This document shows, in pieces, positions 6,718-12,749 of a stretch of 12,749 nucleotides of DNA. Numbering within the stretch: the first letter of the stretch is position 1; the number at the start of each line of letters is the position of its first letter. Made by a program: the position numbers and the translations under genes. Source of the stretch: a bacterium (GTDB taxonomy: Bacteria > Hinthialibacterota > Hinthialibacteria > Hinthialibacterales > Hinthialibacteraceae); NCBI GenBank assembly GCA_041946805.1, contig JBHGBC010000171.1:1-12749 (forward strand), read 5' to 3'. Under the pieces are notes generated by a model that worked only from the letters and a program-made list of their open reading frames with translations, did no database searches and was not told the origin of the DNA.

Positions 6718-8997
6718 ATGGAGATACAGGAACCTCCCATCGATACGCCGTTCATGTTCCCTGGATTGGAAGACGATTTTCCCATCCTGGAGCTGATCCT
6801 GCGCAATTATCTCGGCGAGGAAGACATCCTGAGCGTCCGCCGGGCGTTTTTTTTCGCCTGCCACGCCCACCAGGGACAAATCCGCGACAGCGGCGAGCCG
6901 TACATCACCCACCCCATCGCCGTGGCCGAAATCCTGGCTTCCTTTCAACTCGACGCCAAAACCATCATGGCCGGCCTGCTGCATGACGTGCTGGAAGACA
7001 CCGACGTCACTGAACTAGAGTTGCGCCATGAATTCGGCGACGAAGTGGTGAACCTCGTCCTGGGTGTGACCAAGGTGGGGAAAATCGGCTCGGTGGACCG
7101 CAGCGAGGAAGAGATCGAAAATCTGAGACGCATGCTGCTGGCCACGGCCAAGGACCTGCGGGTCATCGTGATCAAACTGGCCGACCGCCTGCATAACCTG
7201 AGAACCCTCGAATTTCTCCCCCGCCAGAAGCAAATCCAGATCGCCCGCAATTCCATGAACATCTACGCTCCCCTGGCCCACCGGCTTGGACTGGGCCGGA
7301 TCAAGTGGGAGTTGGAAGACCTGTGCCTGATGTACATCCATCCGGACATCTACCAGGGAATCAAGAAAAAAGTTTCCCTCAAGCGGCGCGAGCGGGAACT
7401 CTATATCAAGGAGATTCAGGAAGAACTGGAGCGCCGGCTCAAGGAAAAGGGCATCCAGGCCATGGTCGAGGGGCGCGCCAAGCATTTTTACAGCATCTAT
7501 ATGAAAATGGCGCGGGGGAACAAGTCGTTCGAGGAAATCTACGATCTCATCGCCCTGCGCGTCATCTGCGAGACCATCGGCGAGTGTTACGCGGCGCTGG
7601 GCGAGGTCCACACCATGTGGCGCCAGATCGAGGGACGGTTCAAGGATTACATCTCAACGCCCAAACCCAACAACTACCGCTCCATTCATACCACCGTGCT
7701 GGGTCCCCACGGCCGGATGATCGAAATCCAGATCCGCACTCAAGAAATGCACTACGTGGCCGAGCACGGCATCGCGGCGCATTGGCGGTACAAGGAATCC
7801 GGCAAGCCGATGAAAATCCGGGACATGAAATGGCTGGAACTGTTCGACCAGGAACAACTTCCGGACACGCGGGATCCCGAGGATTTTCTCCAGTCGATCC
7901 GCAACGATCTCTTCTCGGACGAAGTGTATGTCTACACCCCCAAGGGCGACCTGCACCGGCTGCCCAAGGACGCCACGCCGATCGACTTCGCCTACAAAAT
8001 CCATACTGGCCTGGGACACCGCTGCGGCGGGGCGAAGGTGAACGGCCGTCTGACCACCCTCAACTACTCGCTCCAGACCGGAGACGTGGTGGAAATCCTC
8101 ACCAGTCCCAACAGCCATCCCTCCCCCGCCTGGCTGGACATCGTCAAAACCTCCTCCGCCCGCAACAAGATCCGGCGCTACCTGCTGGAATCCAAGCGCG
8201 AGGAGCTCCTGCAGATGGGGCAGACGAGCCTGACCCGCGAACTCCAGCGGGCCGGTTTCAACGCCCGGGAATTCTACAATTCCGAGGACGCCAAGGAAAT
8301 TTGCGTATCGCTGGGTTTGAAAACCGTCGAGGACCTGTTCGTCCACATCGGTTTCGGCCGGATCTCGACCAAGCAGGTCATCGCCCGGTTGCTGAAGAAA
8401 ACCAAGCCGGAAAAAATCCCCGAGCGGAAAGAGGAGGAGCGGCGGGCCGAAAGCCGGGCGGTCGTGAAACTGGCGGATATCGACGACATCCTCTACCGCA
8501 TCGCGCGCTGTTGCAGCCCCCTGCCGGGCGACGAAATCATCGGCTTCGTGACGCGCGGGCGGGGAGTGACCATACATAAAGCCGCCTGCCGCAACGTCAA
8601 ACATTTTCAGGCCGATCCCGGACGCATCCTCTCCTTGTTCTGGGGAGGAAGCCAGGATGATTCCATATCCGTGAACATCGAAATCGTGGCCCGCGACCGG
8701 CGCAATCTGCTCAGTGATCTTTCCCAGATGATCTCCTCGACCGGAACCAACATCCAGCACAGCCGCAGCGACACCGTCGACTCCATCGCCACCTTCTACT
8801 TCACCCTGGAAGTGAGCAACACGAATCATCTCAACACCATCATGCACCAACTGCTGGGGATCGAGGGCGTCAAGAGCGTCCGGCGGACCCGGGAATCGAA
8901 AATCAACGATTCCCCAAAACGCCCCACCCCCTCCCCCAACCACAAAGCCAACCATCGCTCCAACCACCAATCCCACTCTAAAACCCGCAACGCCTGA
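6718..8997 (+). CDS. relA: Bifunctional (p)ppGpp synthetase/hydrolase, long RSH (Rel; RelA/SpoT family)
   Basis: Intact HD hydrolase domain (R.SGEPYITHP, LLHDVLEDT, IKLADRLHN), synthetase with RFKD and YRSIHT...EIQIRT, TGS (TPIDFAY.IHT..G), ZFD (ARCCSPLPGDEI.G...IH...C.N) and ACT (DRRNLL.D) domains. Confidence 0.97.
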   Translation: MEIQEPPIDTPFMFPGLEDDFPILELILRNYLGEEDILSVRRAFFFACHAHQGQIRDSGEPYITHPIAVAEILASFQLDAKTIMAGLLHDVLEDTDVTELELRHEFGDEVVNLVLGVTKVGKIGSVDRSEEEIENLRRMLLATAKDLRVIVIKLADRLHNLRTLEFLPRQKQIQIARNSMNIYAPLAHRLGLGRIKWELEDLCLMYIHPDIYQGIKKKVSLKRRERELYIKEIQEELERRLKEKGIQAMVEGRAKHFYSIYMKMARGNKSFEEIYDLIALRVICETIGECYAALGEVHTMWRQIEGRFKDYISTPKPNNYRSIHTTVLGPHGRMIEIQIRTQEMHYVAEHGIAAHWRYKESGKPMKIRDMKWLELFDQEQLPDTRDPEDFLQSIRNDLFSDEVYVYTPKGDLHRLPKDATPIDFAYKIHTGLGHRCGGAKVNGRLTTLNYSLQTGDVVEILTSPNSHPSPAWLDIVKTSSARNKIRRYLLESKREELLQMGQTSLTRELQRAGFNAREFYNSEDAKEICVSLGLKTVEDLFVHIGFGRISTKQVIARLLKKTKPEKIPERKEEERRAESRAVVKLADIDDILYRIARCCSPLPGDEIIGFVTRGRGVTIHKAACRNVKHFQADPGRILSLFWGGSQDDSISVNIEIVARDRRNLLSDLSQMISSTGTNIQHSRSDTVDSIATFYFTLEVSNTNHLNTIMHQLLGIEGVKSVRRTRESKINDSPKRPTPSPNHKANHRSNHQSHSKTRNA

Positions 8998-9151
8998 TTT
9001 CCCGGGCGGTCTATCCCATTCATTTCGTATTTGATACGATCTTTCCATCCAGTTTTGGATTCATTCGGGATGAATACTCGGTATTATTAATGGAAGCAGG
9101 CGCCGGGTATGTTGGGATTGATCTCCTTGAAGAGCGACTGATCCCTGTTCC

Positions 9152-9185
9152 CCCTCTCCTTCTGGAGAGGGCCAGGGTGAAGGAA
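9152..9185. repeat. Second copy of the BoxC/REP-like palindromic element
   Basis: Perfect hairpin CCCTCTCC-TTCT-GGAGAGGG (9152-9171) followed by CCAGGGTGAAGGAA. Same orientation as the copy at 2401-2435. Confidence 0.7.
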
Positions 9186-9420
9186 AGCTTTTCCCCGGCG
9201 CCGATCCCCCCGGCGGATTCCTAAACGCTGGCCGGGAGGGCTATGAGTTACCTTCGGTTCGGAGTAAGGGAATTGAAATACGATTCTTCTCATCCTGTAC
9301 GCACTTGCTGGAAGAATCAACTATGGCAACCGATATTGGATTTCCTCGATAAATTCATGAAAACCGGGTGGAAAGCCAATCAAAAAAGATGCGGAATCAC
9401 TTCGCAAAGGAGGATTCATC

Positions 9421-10869
9421 ATGAGGGCAAAATCGGGAATGAGTCTGGTTCTGGCTGTGGGTTTCGTGTTGGGGTGGGCTGGCCCGGTTTCGGCCGCCAT
9501 GCCGCTGGCGCCGGGGATCTACGCGGCCGAGGATTTGACCGCCGCGCCCGAGTCCGTGACCCTGACGAGCGTGGGCACGGATCCCCTGGACGCCGCCACG
9601 TTCCAGAAAGAGACGGCCGAAACCTTCAGCCTCGAGGTGTATGAGTTGTCCCCGGGAGTCTACCAGTTCGTGAACGATCCCGCCGGGAAGACCGATACGG
9701 CGGCGCGCAACGCGGATACCGGGGGAATCGCCGTTTCCTCTCTGGTGGCCGATTCGGGCGCGAACGGGGTGCTGTTCCGGGGCATGGGACGCTATCCGGG
9801 TGAGACCGCGATCCGTTTCGGCCTGATCGATGACTATCCCCCGCTTCCCACCAATGCGGATGGCAGCCTCAACGTGGAAAAAGCAGCGGGGGAGACCGGC
9901 TACCGGTTTTATACCGGCCGGCGGTTCTTCGACGTGGACGGTGTGGTGGCGGCGTTTGAAAACATCTCCCTGGGGGATCACGCCAACAACAACGTCGGCG
10001 TGGTGCATACCTACAGCGGGGGACGCACGTTCATGAAGGATGTTTGGATTTTCAACGTGTACGATGGCATTTTCTTCGACGACGCTGGGGAGGGGTATTT
10101 CACCAACTGCATATTCCATCAAACCTACCAACCCTGGAATCGGATCGAAGACGCCCAAGCGGCGTTGTATTTCACGGAGGAATGGAACACGTTGGTCAAT
10201 CCCGAGGGAATGGGCGGAACTTCGTTCGCCGAAGGGACCGCTCTCAGTGAGGAGACGTATCCTCAGATTCAGGGATTGGTTTTAGCGAACAACACCGCCA
10301 GCGGCTACAACATCAACCTCTTCGAGACGGAAGGAGCGAATCCCCAAAAGCTGTACATGAAGTATTGCACTCTGATCAAGCATCAGATCCGGGATTCCAA
10401 CCGGCTGTGGCGGCATAACACCGACGTGGGCGAGGGGGCCTATGTGCTCATCGAGGACAGCATGATTTTGTGCGTGGACCTCAGCCCCAACGCGCAGATT
10501 CGCATCGACACGGACGACCCGGATTTCTTTGGCAGCGTCTACAACACGAAATTCTGGAATTACGCCTCGGGCGACGCGCAGGTCACGGGAATCACCTCCA
10601 TGAACTGGAACGTGGATCCCGCCGACACGGGATTGCTCGATGACGCCCGGGTGGATATCGCCACTCCCGGCGGCCTGGACATCGCCGATGTGCAGGCGTT
10701 GTTCAGGCTGGACGGACGCAATCTCACCACGTTCAAGCCGGGAGCGGTGGAACTGACGCTGGCCCAGGACGGCGGCCCGGTGGGATACCGCCTGCCCGCG
10801 ACGGCTCCGGCGGGGCCGCTTCCGGTGACCACGGGAGCCACGCCGGTGGAGGAATGGGCGGTCTATTGA
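9421..10869 (+). CDS. Secreted protein, probable right-handed beta-helix (pectin-lyase-like) fold, with a short C-terminal TPVEEWAVY tail
   Basis: SD AAAGGAGG at 9406-9413 and signal peptide ending ...GPVSA|A. Recurring beta-helix-like rungs (AAFENISL, TFMKDVWI, DGIFFD, GYFTNCIF, LYMKYCTL, VLIEDSMI, SVYNTKFWN) and a Pro/Thr/Ala linker before the tail. Fold is inferred by eye. Confidence 0.7.
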   Translation: MRAKSGMSLVLAVGFVLGWAGPVSAAMPLAPGIYAAEDLTAAPESVTLTSVGTDPLDAATFQKETAETFSLEVYELSPGVYQFVNDPAGKTDTAARNADTGGIAVSSLVADSGANGVLFRGMGRYPGETAIRFGLIDDYPPLPTNADGSLNVEKAAGETGYRFYTGRRFFDVDGVVAAFENISLGDHANNNVGVVHTYSGGRTFMKDVWIFNVYDGIFFDDAGEGYFTNCIFHQTYQPWNRIEDAQAALYFTEEWNTLVNPEGMGGTSFAEGTALSEETYPQIQGLVLANNTASGYNINLFETEGANPQKLYMKYCTLIKHQIRDSNRLWRHNTDVGEGAYVLIEDSMILCVDLSPNAQIRIDTDDPDFFGSVYNTKFWNYASGDAQVTGITSMNWNVDPADTGLLDDARVDIATPGGLDIADVQALFRLDGRNLTTFKPGAVELTLAQDGGPVGYRLPATAPAGPLPVTTGATPVEEWAVY

Positions 10870-10891
10870 GCCGGAGTTGAAGGGCGCGTTC

Positions 10892-11482
10892 TCAACCCGC
10901 CTCTTGCTGCTTGTCCGCCTCGCGGATGATGGGAACCAGGTTGCTTAAATAATCGTAGGCCGAATACAAGGTCACCACGCAGGCGAACGCCATCAAGAGG
11001 TTGGAAACGAGATACAACGAGGCGTCGAGCACCGGAATATACAAGGCCAGGATGCGCAGGAGGAGAATGAGGATGATCACCATGGCCTGCAGCACCGCCT
11101 TGACTTTGCCGCTCATGCGGGCGGCCAGCACGATGCCCTTGTAGGCGCAGACGGTGCGCAGGGTGGAGATGATGGAATCGCGGTAGAGTATGGGGAGGAC
11201 GAGCAGCAGCGATACCTGCCCCACCACCGCCAGGCACAAAAATATGGTGTCGCGGTAAATGCTGTCGGCCATCGGATCGAGCAGCTTGCCCAGGTCGGTC
11301 ACCTGGCCGCGCTTGCGGGCCATGTAACCGTCGAACAGGTCGGTGAGCTCGGATAGTATCACGATGCCCAATATGGCGTACCGGGCGGGCGGACTGTCGT
11401 TGAGAAATAGAATCGCCAGGACCGGGCTCAGCAGGAGACGGATCGAGGTCAGTATGTTGGGCAAGGTCATATTGGCGTTCAT
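10892..11482 (-). CDS. pgsA: CDP-diacylglycerol--glycerol-3-phosphate 3-phosphatidyltransferase (CDP-alcohol phosphatidyltransferase)
   Basis: MTLPNILTSIR, signature DLFDGYMARKRGQVTDLGKLLDPMAD, ILYRD..IS.LR, AARMSGKVKA..Q and C-terminal TLYSAYDY; multi-TM. Confidence 0.88.
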   Translation of the reverse strand: MNANMTLPNILTSIRLLLSPVLAILFLNDSPPARYAILGIVILSELTDLFDGYMARKRGQVTDLGKLLDPMADSIYRDTIFLCLAVVGQVSLLLVLPILYRDSIISTLRTVCAYKGIVLAARMSGKVKAVLQAMVIILILLLRILALYIPVLDASLYLVSNLLMAFACVVTLYSAYDYLSNLVPIIREADKQQEAG

Positions 11483-11486
11483 AAAC

Positions 11487-12059
11487 TCAAATCACTCCGT
11501 TTGGATTTTGAGCGCTTTTCCCGGTGGAACCGTTGGTATGCTGTAATGCCAGATAAACGTAATGCAGCAAGGCCAGAACGGTCATGAGTCCCGTCACGTA
11601 TTGTAAACCCCGGGAGGGATACGCGGGGAAATGAAAGATGACCGCCACGACGGTCGCGAATTGCAGCCCGGTCGAAGTTTTGCCCAACAGCGATGGATTG
11701 ACTTCCACCTGGTTGTAAAGAATCACCTGGACGCACCACCCGATGCTGACCAGGATGTCCTTGGTCACCACCAGGATGGTCAACCAGGCGGGAATCCGGT
11801 CGAACACGGATAATAAAATGAATGACGCGGTCACGAAGAGCTTGTCGGCGAGGGGATCGAGAATGCTGCCCAGCGTCGTGACTTCGCCCCGCCGCCGCGC
11901 GAGCCAGCCGTCGAGAAAATCGCTGGTCACGATCACCGCCAGGATGACCTGCGCCCAGGTCGGATTCAGGACGTGCCCTTTGAAATAATAGTACAGGGCC
12001 AGGAAGAAACAGGGCACCAGCAGCAGGCGCGTCATGGAAAGAAAATTCGGGAGATTCAT
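11487..12059 (-). CDS. Second CDP-alcohol phosphatidyltransferase (PgsA-like; specificity uncertain)
   Basis: MNLPNFLSMTR, signature DFLDGWLARRRGEVTTLGSILDPLADK, IPAWL...TKD and PSLLGK.ST..Q. Only 4 nt separate it from the next paralog. Confidence 0.88.
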   Translation of the reverse strand: MNLPNFLSMTRLLLVPCFFLALYYYFKGHVLNPTWAQVILAVIVTSDFLDGWLARRRGEVTTLGSILDPLADKLFVTASFILLSVFDRIPAWLTILVVTKDILVSIGWCVQVILYNQVEVNPSLLGKTSTGLQFATVVAVIFHFPAYPSRGLQYVTGLMTVLALLHYVYLALQHTNGSTGKSAQNPNGVI

Positions 12060-12130
12060 GGCACGGTTTGCGTCCCCTCGCGTGATTTCGGCTTGCCGGC
12101 CGCCAGGAGCGCCGCGTCCGGCCGATGTAC
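12056..12130 (-). other. Probable orphaned 3' tail of an upstream operon gene
   Basis: ...HRPDAALLAAGKPKSREGTQTVP* uses GC-ending host-like codons, and its TGA overlaps the ATG of the 12059 gene (ATGA). Beyond about 12130 this frame reads as the antisense shadow of the + strand hydrolase. Confidence 0.4.
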
Positions 12131-12749
12131 GATTACTATAACGCCGCCCAAGCCTACGCGCAGGATGCCGGAGAGACCCTGGGCAAACAACTGCTGCAAT
12201 ACCTTGGTTCGAGCTATAGCCATAAGATACACTTCATAGGACATTCGCTTGGAACGGCGGTAAATGCCTATGCTGCGCGCACATTCCTCACAAAGGCGAC
12301 TGGCGTAAAAGAGGCGCAGTTCACGGCGCTGGACCGGCCGCACCACATCGGCATCATTCCGGGATGCCTTATCTTCCCGGGATGCAAAGGCTACAACGAA
12401 AACTTTTTCGGGGATATCTTTCATGATCTGCAGTCGGATCCCAACCGCGGCTTGAACCTCATCATCGACAACTATTACTCCAAAACGGGCGCGGGAGTGG
12501 GAGATACAACTACCGGTCTGCATGTATACAATCACCCCGAGCTGAAAGATCCGGGGAAAATAGCCGACAACGTTTTTTACGGTGAGAGCGCCAACGATCA
12601 CAGCGGCGTCCACCAGTTCTACCGGTGGACAATGGACCCGAATGGGCTGTATCCCGGGGTGTGCAATGCGCAGACGGGAGAACTGGCCTCATTGCCGTCC
12701 GGGCTGGACGCATCGCTCAATCCCTGCAACCGGGGATGGAAGTGGTCGA
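12125..12749 (+). CDS. Lipase-type alpha/beta hydrolase, N-terminally incomplete and running off the right edge
   Basis: Not in the ORF track. 208 codons without a stop: MYDYYNAAQAYAQDAGETLGKQLLQYLG...KIHFIGHSLGTAVNAYAA...QFTALDRP...IIDNYYS...NDHSGVHQFY.... Nucleophile elbow GHSLG at 12239-12253, candidate Asp at 12332 and candidate His at 12599. An in-frame TGA lies upstream at 12083-12085. Confidence 0.8.
   Translation, partial: MYDYYNAAQAYAQDAGETLGKQLLQYLGSSYSHKIHFIGHSLGTAVNAYAARTFLTKATGVKEAQFTALDRPHHIGIIPGCLIFPGCKGYNENFFGDIFHDLQSDPNRGLNLIIDNYYSKTGAGVGDTTTGLHVYNHPELKDPGKIADNVFYGESANDHSGVHQFYRWTMDPNGLYPGVCNAQTGELASLPSGLDASLNPCNRGWKWS

Noticed and set aside
7015..9048. Long overlapping ORFs of 424 aa (+), 464 aa (-) and 198 aa (-) within rel
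   Set aside because: Shadow ORFs produced by the GC3 bias of a conserved gene.
9087..9644. 77-aa and 133-aa ORFs in or overlapping the rel downstream intergenic region
   Set aside because: No motifs; they cross a palindromic repeat or overlap the 9421 gene out of frame.
10876..10896. Hairpin between convergent stop codons as a terminator
   Set aside because: Weak stem with a bulge and G-U pairs and no U-tract on either strand.
12131..12613. 185-aa - strand ORF as a real full-length gene
   Set aside because: Most of it is the antisense of the motif-bearing + strand hydrolase; only the last ~24 codons look genuine.
1..12749. CRISPR array, tRNA/rRNA, IS or integrase, known riboswitch
   Set aside because: No regularly spaced repeats, cloverleaf, transposase/integrase motifs or riboswitch consensus were recognised by eye. 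An Rfam or ISfinder scan would be needed to exclude them formally.

Overview
GC-rich bacterial chromosomal window with an AT-richer accessory block in the middle. From left to right: the 5' end of an exported protein (- strand, runs off the window); a secreted alginate-lyase/heparinase II-III-type polysaccharide lyase; an HpnA/DFR-like extended SDR; an AT-richer - strand block (about 3.6-6.56 kb); a bifunctional long RelA/SpoT enzyme; a secreted beta-helix-like protein ending in a short TPVEEWAVY tail; two tandem CDP-alcohol phosphatidyltransferases; and a lipase-type alpha/beta-hydrolase frame on the + strand (GHSLG motif). The AT-richer block holds an orphan ECF sigma factor, a 40-codon ORF with a perfect SD, an exported-protein gene split by two compensating frameshifts, and a second exported protein. 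The hydrolase is absent from the ORF track, lacks its N-terminus and starts at an apparent breakpoint near 12130. Non-coding signals include two copies of a BoxC/REP-like palindrome, a perfect FNR-type box and a 10-3-10 palindrome upstream of the ECF gene. No rRNA, tRNA, CRISPR array or transposase was seen. All calls come from motif reading by eye; no searches were run.
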